A DNA stretch of 39,656 nucleotides from Oligoflexales bacterium (GTDB lineage: Bacteria > Bdellovibrionota_B > Oligoflexia > Oligoflexales > Bog-1112), in NCBI GenBank assembly GCA_045105515.1, contig JBGCDR010000146.1, positions 1 to 39,656 on the forward strand, read 5' to 3'. The position numbers and the translations under genes are program-made. Position 1 is the first letter of the stretch; each line of letters begins with the position of its first letter. Positions 8,932 through 18,634 of the stretch are shown here, one piece after another. The notes under the pieces were generated by a model. The model did no database searches and was not told the DNA's origin. It worked only from the letters and a program-made list of their open reading frames with translations.

Positions 8932-10116
8932 CTACGAACCTAATGCTTCGATCACTCTTTTTTCTGAAACAACACCATGAAAATGCTTTTGTTTATCAAG
9001 GACTGGAAGTGGGTTTGGGTTACTAAACATATCAGGTAAAATAGATTCTAAAGGTGTGTCAATTAAAATACTTGGCCCTATCTGCAATTTTTCTTTGAGA
9101 ACCCTATGATCAAAGGAAATAGAATCGCTTGATTTAAAAAAATCCTTATCTACTCCTCCAAGAAATTCGCGTTCCTGATTAACAAAATAAATGGTTTTAA
9201 GAGGATAGCTTTCAATGGCTTGCTTAATTTTTTGGGGACTAAAGCTTGCAGACAATTCAATTGGCTCAGTTTGCTGGAGTAAGGACTTTGCAGTAAGAAT
9301 ATGATAGCGATTCACATCCTTTACAAAGTTCCGCACATAGTCGCATGAAGGGTTCAAGAGAATTTCTTGTGGAGGCCCTACTTGAATGACTTCTCCGGCC
9401 TTTAAAATAGCGATTTGGTCACCCAACCTAAGAGCCTCATCTAAATCATGGGTAATAAAAACAATCGTCTTCTTCAGCTCTTTCTGTAGCTGCAATAGCT
9501 GATCTTGCATCTCTCTTTTTATAAGGGGGTCAAGTGCGCTAAAAGCTTCGTCCATTAAGAGAATATCAGGATTAGTAGCTAGAGCTCTCGCTAAGCCCAC
9601 TCGTTGCTGCATTCCTCCAGATAACTGATTTGGAAAAGAATACTCATAACCTTTAAGACCAACGAGTTCTAACCACTTATTGGCTTCCTTAAGAAAGTCC
9701 TTTTTAGGCATGCCCTGGGCTTTCAGCCCTAGAGCTACATTATTAAGTACTGTTTTGTGGGGGAGTAAGCAAAAATTTTGAAAAACCATGCTAATTTTGT
9801 GTCGTCGAAAATTCTGTATTTCCTTCGGAGATAAAGATGCAAGGTCAACCCCGTCGATAAAAACCCTTCCTCTTGTAGGTTCAATCAACAAATTTATGTG
9901 CCGAATCAAAGTTGATTTTCCGCACCCTGACAAGCCCATAATGACAAAAATTTCACCGCGATTTATATTCAGACTCACTTGCTTTAGCGCAAGGTTATGC
10001 TGGGTCTGGGAGAAGATTTCTTCACGATCTAAGTCAGATTTATAACGTTCAAATACTGCCTGCTCACTTTTTCCAAATAGCTTACTGACACCTTCTAGCC
10101 TTATAATATGATCCAT
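8932..10116 (-). CDS. proV: Glycine betaine/proline/histidine ABC transporter ATPase (ProV/HutV-like) with degenerate CBS tail
   Basis: GLSGCGKS Walker A, LSGGMQQRVGLARALA, LLMDEAFSALDPLIKREMQ, ITHDLDEA. Confidence 0.93.
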   Translation of the reverse strand: MDHIIRLEGVSKLFGKSEQAVFERYKSDLDREEIFSQTQHNLALKQVSLNINRGEIFVIMGLSGCGKSTLIRHINLLIEPTRGRVFIDGVDLASLSPKEIQNFRRHKISMVFQNFCLLPHKTVLNNVALGLKAQGMPKKDFLKEANKWLELVGLKGYEYSFPNQLSGGMQQRVGLARALATNPDILLMDEAFSALDPLIKREMQDQLLQLQKELKKTIVFITHDLDEALRLGDQIAILKAGEVIQVGPPQEILLNPSCDYVRNFVKDVNRYHILTAKSLLQQTEPIELSASFSPQKIKQAIESYPLKTIYFVNQEREFLGGVDKDFFKSSDSISFDHRVLKEKLQIGPSILIDTPLESILPDMFSNPNPLPVLDKQKHFHGVVSEKRVIEALGS

Positions 10117-10125
10117 GTTCGACCT

Positions 10126-10977
10126 TTAGCTGTATGAAGATTTTATTTTGTTTCCTAGGCTTTGAGTAAATCGATCCAGAATCACAGCAATAGCCACGAT
10201 CGCTATACCAGCCTCAGTTCCTCTCCCAACATCTAAACGTTGAATACCCAGAAGCACCTGCTCACCCAATCCCCTAGCACCGATCATGGACGCAATGACC
10301 ACCATAGACAGTGCCATCATTGTTGTTTGATTAATTCCAGCCATAATATTCGGAAAAGCTAATGGCAGCTCTATACTAAAAAGTTTTTCATGAGAGCTCA
10401 CTCCAAAAGCTCTTGCAGCTTCTAATACATCCTTGTCGACCAAACGGATCCCAAGGTCTGTAAGCCTAATAAGTGGAGGTAAAGCATAAATCATAGTTGC
10501 AAATATCGCAGGAACTTTTCCAAGACCAAAAAGCATGAGAGCCGGTATCAAATAAACAAAACTTGGCATCGTTTGCATAATATCAAGAAGCGGCAAACAT
10601 ACCCTTCGCATTCGCTCAGAGCGTGATAGAAGAACCCCGAGGGGAATCCCTATAAAAATTGAAAATCCTGTAGCTACCAACATTAGTGATAAGGATTGCA
10701 TTGCCTTATCCCATAAGCCTAAAACTCCAATAAGAAAGAAAAGCCCAACGATAAATAAAGAGAGCGACCATTTACGGCTAATAAAAAAAGTTAAGCAAAA
10801 AGCGCTTGATAAAAAGAGCCACCAAGGGGTTTCCCGGAGCAAATCCTCGAAGAAAATAAGGATTTTCAGGAGGAAATCTGAAAATTGTTCAAAGCTGTCG
10901 CCGTATTGAACTACGATCCAATCAATTGCTTGGTTAATGGGTTCAGAAAAGGAATACTGCAACCGTTCGGGAAACAT
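10126..10977 (-). CDS. proW: Betaine/proline/histidine ABC transporter permease (ProW/HutW-like)
   Basis: LDIMQTMPSFVYLIP, EAARAFG (EAA loop), GINQTTMMALSMVVIASMIG. Confidence 0.93.
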   Translation of the reverse strand: MFPERLQYSFSEPINQAIDWIVVQYGDSFEQFSDFLLKILIFFEDLLRETPWWLFLSSAFCLTFFISRKWSLSLFIVGLFFLIGVLGLWDKAMQSLSLMLVATGFSIFIGIPLGVLLSRSERMRRVCLPLLDIMQTMPSFVYLIPALMLFGLGKVPAIFATMIYALPPLIRLTDLGIRLVDKDVLEAARAFGVSSHEKLFSIELPLAFPNIMAGINQTTMMALSMVVIASMIGARGLGEQVLLGIQRLDVGRGTEAGIAIVAIAVILDRFTQSLGNKIKSSYS

Positions 10978-10992
10978 CGCGTATCTCCTTTC

Positions 10993-12075
10993 TTAACTAT
11001 TTTGATTCAGCTTTTCTTCAACCCTAGCTGCCCCCGCCTTGTCTAGCCAAGACTTCCAATGGCTTGGGTATTTTTTTAAGAACTTGATTGCAGCTTCTTT
11101 ATGACTTAGTCCACCTTCTTCCATAAGCCCCAAAGCTTCATTAATTTGATCTTTAGTGACTTCAAAGGCCTTGAGAAATTTAGCTAGCTCGGGAGCTTGG
11201 TCGTAAAAGGATTTACTAGCACCTAGATAAATATCTTTGACAGGGTATGCCACTCCGACCGGATTCTTAGCTTTTTGATCTATCAAAGTTGACCAATCCT
11301 TCTCGTTATACTTAGGTTCATTTAGCATCACCATATCATATTTTCCTAGAATCCAGGTTGGTTCCCAATAATACCCAACAAATGGTTTTCCGCGCTTATA
11401 AGCTGATGATATAGCGGCAGAAAGAGCTGCCCCTGTACCAGGGCGGAAGTTTGTGTAATGTTTATCTAGTCCATAGGCTTTAAGCTTATTTGTGTTTATA
11501 ACCTCGCAGCTCCAGCCAAGAATACAATTATAAAACCGACCTTTTTTAGGTTCCTCTCGATCTTTGAAGAGTTCCTTATACTTCGGTAAATCACTGACTG
11601 AAGCCAAATTTGGTGCCGCCGCCTTGATTCCCCGTTTTGGATCACCCTCAATAAGATACCTAGGAACATAAAACCCCTGAACAGCCCCCTTAAAAGTGAC
11701 CCCCAAATTGACTACAGAACCTTCTTTGATTCCTTTGTTCCAGGCTTCTTTCACATTGTCGAGCCAGACCTCCATCATAACATCGACATCTTTTTTCATC
11801 ATGCCAGCTAAAAGGGGTAGGGAAGTCCCAGGAACCGAGTTTGCCTTACACCCATAACTTGTTTCCACAATATACTTAGCGACTTCCGTTAGAAAAATAT
11901 TGCTGTCCCAATCAAGCCCAGCAAAACGAATAGGCCTATTCAACTCGCACTGTACTTGGGCTGCAAACACAGGCGATATTCTATAAGTTGAAAAAATTGC
12001 TGAAAAAACAATAAACAGATAGGCTCGGGTTAAGGTGCATTTAAAAGTTAAAGGGAGTTGCTTATAAAAACCCAT
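10993..12075 (-). CDS. proX: Betaine/histidine ABC transporter substrate-binding protein (ProX/HutX-like)
   Basis: Signal peptide, LDWDS, MEVW, GWSCE, YYWEPTW; upstream of the permease and ATPase in X-W-V order, as in HutXWV. Confidence 0.88.
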   Translation of the reverse strand: MGFYKQLPLTFKCTLTRAYLFIVFSAIFSTYRISPVFAAQVQCELNRPIRFAGLDWDSNIFLTEVAKYIVETSYGCKANSVPGTSLPLLAGMMKKDVDVMMEVWLDNVKEAWNKGIKEGSVVNLGVTFKGAVQGFYVPRYLIEGDPKRGIKAAAPNLASVSDLPKYKELFKDREEPKKGRFYNCILGWSCEVINTNKLKAYGLDKHYTNFRPGTGAALSAAISSAYKRGKPFVGYYWEPTWILGKYDMVMLNEPKYNEKDWSTLIDQKAKNPVGVAYPVKDIYLGASKSFYDQAPELAKFLKAFEVTKDQINEALGLMEEGGLSHKEAAIKFLKKYPSHWKSWLDKAGAARVEEKLNQNS

Positions 12076-12335
12076 TTCTAATCCTATATTTGATGAATTT
12101 TATGTCTGGAAATCATAGTTCACATTACGAGCTATTTTTGAAGTATAGTCTAAAAGTTTATCGGTAACTTCATCGTCCATACTTTATACCACACGTAAAC
12201 AAATCGTCAATCAATTAATAATTTTAATAACTTAGTATTAATTGGGCGATCGATTGTTACCATTAAATATATAAATATTTATAATGAAATTATAGATAAG
12301 ATAGCAGTCACAATCTAAAAAATAAATTTTTGCAC

Positions 12336-12362
12336 TTAAGTAAAAAAAATTGTTGTCGATAT
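12336..12362 (+). promoter_or_regulatory. Candidate sigma28 promoter for the Hpt/RR unit
   Basis: TTAA-N15-GTCGATAT, about 40 bp upstream of 12405. Confidence 0.5.
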
Positions 12363-12404
12363 CATAATTGTAGAATAGGCGTTTACACAGAGTATTAAAA
12401 AATC

Positions 12405-12785
12405 ATGAGTCATAATTCGAAAAATATCGGTATCGACAAAGAACAATTTCACAAGAAATTACTTGAGGAATTTAAAGGGGATGAAGAAATACTTTGTAAA
12501 ATGATTGGAATATATCACAAAAAATCAGGTCAATATCTAAGCTCTCTCGAAGAGTCAATCACTAAAAACGAAGCTGTAGAAATTGTTCACTCCTCTCATT
12601 TATTCAAGGGTGCAATTGGAAACTTCACAGTCGATAGTCCCTTTAAAATATTAAGAAAAATTGAATACCTAGCAAAGAATAAGGATCTAGAGGCAATTCC
12701 TCAACTCCTAGAAGAACTAAAACCTCAGCTTGTGGAATTAAATTCTGCACTTACTGACTTAAAAACAAATCTATCTAAACTTTAA
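12405..12785 (+). CDS. Stand-alone Hpt phosphotransfer protein
   Basis: SHLFKGAIGNF (H-x-x-K-G motif), helical 126 aa. Confidence 0.88.
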   Translation: MSHNSKNIGIDKEQFHKKLLEEFKGDEEILCKMIGIYHKKSGQYLSSLEESITKNEAVEIVHSSHLFKGAIGNFTVDSPFKILRKIEYLAKNKDLEAIPQLLEELKPQLVELNSALTDLKTNLSKL

Positions 12786-12796
12786 CAGAGATTGGT

Positions 12797-13447
12797 ATGT
12801 CCATACTTATTGTAGAAGACGATGAAATTACAGCTACGCGATTAGCAGAGCAACTCGAGAAAAGAGAATATGAGACTACTGTCTTGGAAGATGGTGAATC
12901 CTGTCTTGAACTCATAAAAACTCAACCTCCCACACTAATCCTACTGGACTATATGCTACCAGGAATTTCTGGCCTAGAGGTACTTAGCGAGGTTAGAAAG
13001 CTATATAGCATGGTTGAACTACCTATCATTCTTGCTACGGCAAAAAATGATCCTGCAGAAGTCGTAAAAGCTTTAAAACTTGGAGCAAATGACTATATAA
13101 CAAAACCAATAAATATTGAGATTCTCACCGCTAGAATAAGAACTCAAATAGGGCTAAACCAATATTACATAGAAAGTTTAAGGAATAATGAGCTAGAAAC
13201 TCTAAATGCGATGATTGTAACTTATAATCATGAAATCAACACTCCTCTTACTAGCGCAATGCATAATATGGAAATCCTCCAAGAAATAGGAGAAAAAAAT
13301 CAAAAACATCTTGAAGATGCTCTTTCAAATCTTCAAAAAATAACATCAATATTAAATAAAATCAGGAAAGTTACCAAGAACCCAATTACAAAAAAATCTT
13401 ATATTGGCAAAACTAAAATGATTAATATTGACAAAAAAACCCAGTAA
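12797..13447 (+). CDS. Response regulator fused to a HisKA (DHp) domain without an ATPase domain
   Basis: REC (VEDD, LLDYMLP, ATA, KP) followed by H-box NHEINTPL; protein ends at 216 aa with no N/G boxes. Confidence 0.88.
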   Translation: MSILIVEDDEITATRLAEQLEKREYETTVLEDGESCLELIKTQPPTLILLDYMLPGISGLEVLSEVRKLYSMVELPIILATAKNDPAEVVKALKLGANDYITKPINIEILTARIRTQIGLNQYYIESLRNNELETLNAMIVTYNHEINTPLTSAMHNMEILQEIGEKNQKHLEDALSNLQKITSILNKIRKVTKNPITKKSYIGKTKMINIDKKTQ

Positions 13448-13514
13448 GTTCAGTTGTTATCCAATTTCACAATTCATACCACTTTTAAATATTTAATATT
13501 ATTATTAAGTGATC

Positions 13515-13541
13515 TAATTAATTTCTTATAACGGACGAATA
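13515..13541 (+). promoter_or_regulatory. Candidate sigma28 promoter for the globin gene
   Basis: TAAT-N15-GACGAATA, about 45 bp upstream of 13585. Confidence 0.35.
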
Positions 13542-13584
13542 GTTATGTGACTGCCTGCGACTGCGCATTTTATGGAGGAAAGAC

Positions 13585-14364
13585 ATGAGTGGCCTTGATG
13601 TAAAAAAAATACGTGATTCTTTTGATATTATTAAACCCATTGCTGCAAATGTAGCAGACAAGTTTTATGAAATCCTTTTCACTGACTTTCCATCTTCAAG
13701 AAACTTATTTCAAGGTGTAGACCTTGAAATGCAACAAAAAGCTCTAATCAACTCATTAGCCTATGTAGTAGAACACCTTGAAGACTCTACTAAATTGAAA
13801 AAATATCTAAATGACTTAGGAAATAGACATTTGAAATACGGAACCGAAGAAATTCATTTTGAGTGGGTTGGATGTTCTCTACTAAAAACCTTAAATTTTT
13901 TCTTTGCTGAAAAATGGACTGACGCTTTAGAAAGAGAGTGGGTTAATGCATTTTTAATTATCTCAAACTTCATGAAAGAAGGAATGAAACCTACATCTGA
14001 AGCCACAGATCATATCGACAACCAAACTCCCGAAACTGAGGAAAAATTAGAGTCGATCGACGATAACAGTTATGACGAAATATCAAATAATTCAAATGAA
14101 GACAGTGATGATGTCACTAGAATCAATCAGGTTGCTGATGAAAATGACGAATCATTGCTGGAAGATTCAAGCAATGTTGTTCATATTGGTGAGAATAAAA
14201 GCGTTCAAATTCCTTTAGAATTACAAAATAAAATCAAAGATTTAGTAAAATCCTCAATTGACCACTACATTGAGGAAGAAATCATAAAAGCTCTCAATGA
14301 AAAGATCAATATAATTAGTGAAGAAGATGTTTCGGTCCACCTTAAAAAAATTGTCAATGGCTAG
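13585..14364 (+). CDS. Globin-domain protein (flavohemoglobin-type globin, no reductase) with acidic linker and helical tail
   Basis: FYEILF (B10 Tyr), P...LF (CD1 Phe), QQKAL (E7 Gln), LGNRHLKYG (F8 His), WT..LEREW; GGAGG RBS. Confidence 0.88.
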   Translation: MSGLDVKKIRDSFDIIKPIAANVADKFYEILFTDFPSSRNLFQGVDLEMQQKALINSLAYVVEHLEDSTKLKKYLNDLGNRHLKYGTEEIHFEWVGCSLLKTLNFFFAEKWTDALEREWVNAFLIISNFMKEGMKPTSEATDHIDNQTPETEEKLESIDDNSYDEISNNSNEDSDDVTRINQVADENDESLLEDSSNVVHIGENKSVQIPLELQNKIKDLVKSSIDHYIEEEIIKALNEKINIISEEDVSVHLKKIVNG

Positions 14365-14447
14365 AATTTAGCTTTTAGAAAAAATAAAATCATATAATCA
14401 CATAATAACTAAAATTAATAGCTGAGGGTGCAAAAGGAGGATAAAGC

Positions 14448-14792
14448 TTGATAATCCTGGTAGTAGAAGATGATCCTTCATTTAATGAAGCCCTTTGTTC
14501 TTCATTGACTAATTGGGGTCATGATGTTCACTCTGCAATTGATGGTGAAGCCGCCTTAAGACTCATAAATCTTCACAAATTTGAAATGGTTTTTTCTGAT
14601 TTATCAATACCAAAACTAGATGGATTAAAACTTCTAGAAAAATTCAGAGAGTTTGATACAATCACTCCTTTTTATATCATCACAGGATATAACGATAGAA
14701 TCGATGAGCTAAACCTAGATGAAAACACAAAAATCTTAAACAAGCCATTTAGGTTAAAAGAATTCAGAAGTATAGTAGAAGCCTATCAGTAA
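14448..14792 (+). CDS. Single-domain response regulator
   Basis: VEDD, FSDLSIP, ITG, KPF; GGAGG RBS with TTG start. Confidence 0.9.
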   Translation: MIILVVEDDPSFNEALCSSLTNWGHDVHSAIDGEAALRLINLHKFEMVFSDLSIPKLDGLKLLEKFREFDTITPFYIITGYNDRIDELNLDENTKILNKPFRLKEFRSIVEAYQ

Positions 14793-14799
14793 TCTGAAA

Positions 14800-17373
14800 T
14801 CAGGCTACTTTTGAAGGCTTCTTAACTTTTTTAGATTTGAGCCTATTGATATATTCCTTTAAAATTACAGCAATATCTACAATAGTCACCAAACCATGTT
14901 GACTGTGATTAAAATTCCCTAGAAAACCATCAATTCTAGTAATATTTTTCTTTATTTTACCAGAGTAGTTATATGTACCCACCACTTCAGTGGTGGGTAT
15001 TCCAATAAAATGATGATCTTGTTTAAAGACCATCATATCAAAACTCTTTCCATATTGTTTATCAATTTTTTTATCAGCTAAATCCATGAGTTCATATAGA
15101 TCGAGCACATTCAAAACTTTCCCACTGTAATATATCTGCTTAAAATTCCCAATATTCTCAACTTCCTTTTGATTAAATCTTTCAAATCTAAAAATATCAT
15201 CTAATAGAATGGCAAACTTATGCTTATAACCGATATCAAAGAGTAAATAACAAACTTCTTCAAAAGCGTGGTTTTCATTATTATTAACGTCTACTTTGAT
15301 CCCATCTGATCTTGTCTCATTAGAACTGAAAACATTTCCAATCTGGTTAACATTTAAAACCAAACCTATTGTTCCATCCCCCATAAAGGTCGCACCTTTA
15401 AAGAAATTTCTTTTATTGACTATTGGGAGTATTTTATTGATTACGGACTCCTCAGATCCAACTATATCATCCACTAAAATTGAATAAAGAACACTCTTTT
15501 CTTGAAGAAACAGTATGTATTTTCCCAAAATATCATCATTAAGGGTCAATTCACGATCTAGGCGGCTAAATAAAGCCTCTACGTCTATAATTGGCAGAAG
15601 TTTATCAAATACCGCAATAAACAATCGGTTATTCATTACCCATATTTGATCCTTACAAAGCCCTAAAAGCTTTATGCCAAATATCAAATTTTGGTCGATC
15701 GCATAGAAACTATTGCTAATTTCGACTACAAGAGAACTTATTATAGACACAGATTTGGGTTTGGGAATGCTAACTAGAAAATCTGTACCTTTACCCTCTG
15801 TGCTATTTACTAAAATTCGACCATTATATTTTTCGATTGAAGCCTTGACCATATCTAGTCCAACTCCTCGGCCAGATATCTCTGATACTTTCTCTGCAGT
15901 ACTCAGCCCTGAATTAAAAATAAGACCATAAATATCCGATTCATCCATACGCTTAATATCTTCTTGATTAATCAAGCCGTTCTTAAGAGCTTTATCCAGT
16001 ATTTTATCCTTAGCAATCCCTTTTCCATCATCCGAAATTTTCAAAGATATTGACGACTCGGTTTCATCTACCTCAAGATTTACAGATCCATCTTTTGGCT
16101 TATTGAGTTCTAATCGCTGTTCTGGGGACTCAATACCATGATCAATTGCATTACGAACCAAATGAACAAGGGAATTTGTCAAGACCTCGGATATTGCAGG
16201 ATCTAATCTCACATTATTATCAGCGATCTCAGTTTTAATAGGTTTGTTCAATTTAAAAGCAACGTCACGTATGATTCGTTTTACTTTTTTGAAGATCCTA
16301 TTTACAGGAATCTTTCGAAGATCAACTATTTGATTTTGAATACTACTATTTATCTTATTCATTTCATCAAGCAAAATCACCAGATTATATATCTTTTTTT
16401 CTCGCGGAAAATCTTTAAGAATAGCTTGCGCAAGTTTATCTAGCATATTTTTAAGCATGGTGATTTTACTACTCTGTAGTAAAAATTTTTCCAATAACTC
16501 AACACTAACCTGAACAGTTCCATCCTTTTTAACCTTACTATCAATTGCAGCAGGATCTTCCGTATCAACTTTTTTTGTCCATTTAGTATATTTTTTCGTT
16601 TCCATCATATCATTAATGGCATCTATTTTCTCTTCGAATATCTTATAAAGTTCAGAAGGAGCTTTACCTTGCTTGAGTTCATCAATGAACTTAAAAGCGA
16701 AGTCACAGCAACTAAATAACAACTGGCAAGTTGACTCATCTACCTGATAATGATTAGATTTTAGAAAATCTAGATAATTCTCGGCTTTATGAAGATAGTT
16801 TGTGAAATGCGGTCTTTCGAGGATACCACTGCTACCCTTTAGTGTATGAACAAATCTAAATAGCCCTACTAAAAATTCTTCACTAAATTCTTGATTATAG
16901 TCAGCAAATGTATTTTCGATATCTTCGTAAATATTTTCAGATTCTTCGAAAAAAGACTTGGAAAGAGATTTTTTTTCGTCAAGATCTTCTTTTCTTGGTT
17001 TGATTACATATTCGAAAACTTCATCTATTTCATCTTTTGATACAGGCTTTCCAACAAAACCTGAAAGATCGTTCTTCATCATTTTATTAGCATCTTCAAG
17101 CGAAATAAATCCTGATGCTAATATAATTGGAACATTTTTATATAATTTAATTACGTTTTTTGCTAGTTCGATACCATTAATTTTAGGCATATTATAGTCA
17201 GAAACTATACACAATAGAGAGTCTATATTTTCTTCTACTAGATCTAAAAGAAAATCAGGGTCAGTTATCGATTTAAATTCACAGTTATAACTTTCAAACT
17301 GCTTTTTCATAAGATTTAAAAAGTTTTTGTCATCGTCTATTCCGATAACTACACCCAATGAATCTTCAGCCAT
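14800..17373 (-). CDS. cheA: Complete CheA with N-terminal REC (REC-Hpt-P3-P4-CheW-CheW)
   Basis: REC (IDDD, SDYNMP, KP), Hpt HTLKGS, HLVRNAIDHGIE, DDGKG, SGRGVGLDMV, two CheW-like domains. Confidence 0.92.
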   Translation of the reverse strand: MAEDSLGVVIGIDDDKNFLNLMKKQFESYNCEFKSITDPDFLLDLVEENIDSLLCIVSDYNMPKINGIELAKNVIKLYKNVPIILASGFISLEDANKMMKNDLSGFVGKPVSKDEIDEVFEYVIKPRKEDLDEKKSLSKSFFEESENIYEDIENTFADYNQEFSEEFLVGLFRFVHTLKGSSGILERPHFTNYLHKAENYLDFLKSNHYQVDESTCQLLFSCCDFAFKFIDELKQGKAPSELYKIFEEKIDAINDMMETKKYTKWTKKVDTEDPAAIDSKVKKDGTVQVSVELLEKFLLQSSKITMLKNMLDKLAQAILKDFPREKKIYNLVILLDEMNKINSSIQNQIVDLRKIPVNRIFKKVKRIIRDVAFKLNKPIKTEIADNNVRLDPAISEVLTNSLVHLVRNAIDHGIESPEQRLELNKPKDGSVNLEVDETESSISLKISDDGKGIAKDKILDKALKNGLINQEDIKRMDESDIYGLIFNSGLSTAEKVSEISGRGVGLDMVKASIEKYNGRILVNSTEGKGTDFLVSIPKPKSVSIISSLVVEISNSFYAIDQNLIFGIKLLGLCKDQIWVMNNRLFIAVFDKLLPIIDVEALFSRLDRELTLNDDILGKYILFLQEKSVLYSILVDDIVGSEESVINKILPIVNKRNFFKGATFMGDGTIGLVLNVNQIGNVFSSNETRSDGIKVDVNNNENHAFEEVCYLLFDIGYKHKFAILLDDIFRFERFNQKEVENIGNFKQIYYSGKVLNVLDLYELMDLADKKIDKQYGKSFDMMVFKQDHHFIGIPTTEVVGTYNYSGKIKKNITRIDGFLGNFNHSQHGLVTIVDIAVILKEYINRLKSKKVKKPSKVA

Positions 17374-17402
17374 AAACCACCATTTTGATCAAGGAAACTA
17401 TT

Positions 17403-18248
17403 TTAACTTGCTTTTTTACTGTTAACTTTTTGATGGATTACAGATCCACCGACTTTTTTCACTTCGAACTGATCACTTAATCCAATCATACTTTCAGTAC
17501 CACCTAACACTAGGTAACCATCTCCAATAAGATGCTCACAAAATCTTGAAACTATTGATCTTTTATTTTTACTACTTTGATAAATAAGAACATTTCTACA
17601 TAAAATTAGGTCAAAACTTCCAACATGTCCCCAAGGTTCAATAAGATTCATTTGTTTAAAAACTATCGATTTTTTAAGATAGGGTTTAACACGCCAATTT
17701 GGAAATTTTCCCTCTGAGTCTTGCTCAAAGTGCGTTAGTAACATTGGTGCACTCAAACCTCTTTGCACCTGAAGTTGAGTATAAACGCCTTCTGAAGCAT
17801 GCTTCAAAACTCGATCTGAATAATCAGTTGCCATCATATAGTATTTAAAATTATAACCTTTTTTTTCTAAATCATACAAAATCATCGCCAAGGTATAGGG
17901 TTCTTGTCCAGTACTACACGCTGCACTCCAAATATTAAGATAACTTTTTCCTGCTTTCAAATATTCCTCAAGCACGGATTTTATGGCGTTGAAGACGCCG
18001 ATATCGCGAAAAAATTTGGTTTCATTATTAGTTGCTGTATCAAGAAGCATATTTTCGAGAGTCCGATCGCCTTGAAGTTCAGCTTGTTTATATTGGCGAT
18101 AAAACTCGTCTACCGATTCAATTTTTAATTGTTTACAGATATCTTCTAATCTAGAAGAAAGCTGATAATAGTTTTCCTTAATGTAAACAATTCCAATCTT
18201 ATTTTTTATCAATTCAGAAAAATATTCTAAATGTTTTTCATTAGTCAT
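17403..18248 (-). CDS. cheR: Chemotaxis methyltransferase CheR
   Basis: TNNETKFFRD, IWSAACSTGQEPY, FDLILCRNVLIY, GGTES. Confidence 0.96.
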   Translation of the reverse strand: MTNEKHLEYFSELIKNKIGIVYIKENYYQLSSRLEDICKQLKIESVDEFYRQYKQAELQGDRTLENMLLDTATNNETKFFRDIGVFNAIKSVLEEYLKAGKSYLNIWSAACSTGQEPYTLAMILYDLEKKGYNFKYYMMATDYSDRVLKHASEGVYTQLQVQRGLSAPMLLTHFEQDSEGKFPNWRVKPYLKKSIVFKQMNLIEPWGHVGSFDLILCRNVLIYQSSKNKRSIVSRFCEHLIGDGYLVLGGTESMIGLSDQFEVKKVGGSVIHQKVNSKKAS

Positions 18249-18250
18249 AA

Positions 18251-18622
18251 CTATTTATCCAAACTAATATAATTGTTCAACTTCTCTACTAAAATATCAT
18301 CCGTAAAAGGTTTCATAATATAGTCATTAGCTCCAAGATTTAAGGCCATTTGGATGTCTTCCATTTTATTTTTTGATGTGATTTTAATTATTGGAACTTC
18401 TTGGTTGACACCCCTAATCGCTTTAATGGTTTCTGGACCGTCCATAATAGGCATTTCCCAGTCCAGCAGGACAATATCAAAATGTTTTTTTTGAATATCA
18501 ATAAACTCAAGAGCATCTTTACCTGAAAATGCCGAAGTGAAGTTTATTTGATTATACTCATCTAATGATCCTTTGATAAAATTATGGACTGATTTTGAGT
18601 CATCAACAATTAGAATTTCCAT
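18251..18622 (-). CDS. cheY: CheY-like response regulator
   Basis: IVDDS, LLDWEMP, GANDYIMKPF; inside the che operon. Confidence 0.88.
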   Translation of the reverse strand: MEILIVDDSKSVHNFIKGSLDEYNQINFTSAFSGKDALEFIDIQKKHFDIVLLDWEMPIMDGPETIKAIRGVNQEVPIIKITSKNKMEDIQMALNLGANDYIMKPFTDDILVEKLNNYISLDK

Positions 18623-18634
18623 ATTTAGTCCTTA

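Noticed and set aside
12157..12186. Possible sigma28 promoter for proX (TAAA…ACCGATAA on the minus strand)
   Set aside because: Spacer is 17 nt instead of about 15.
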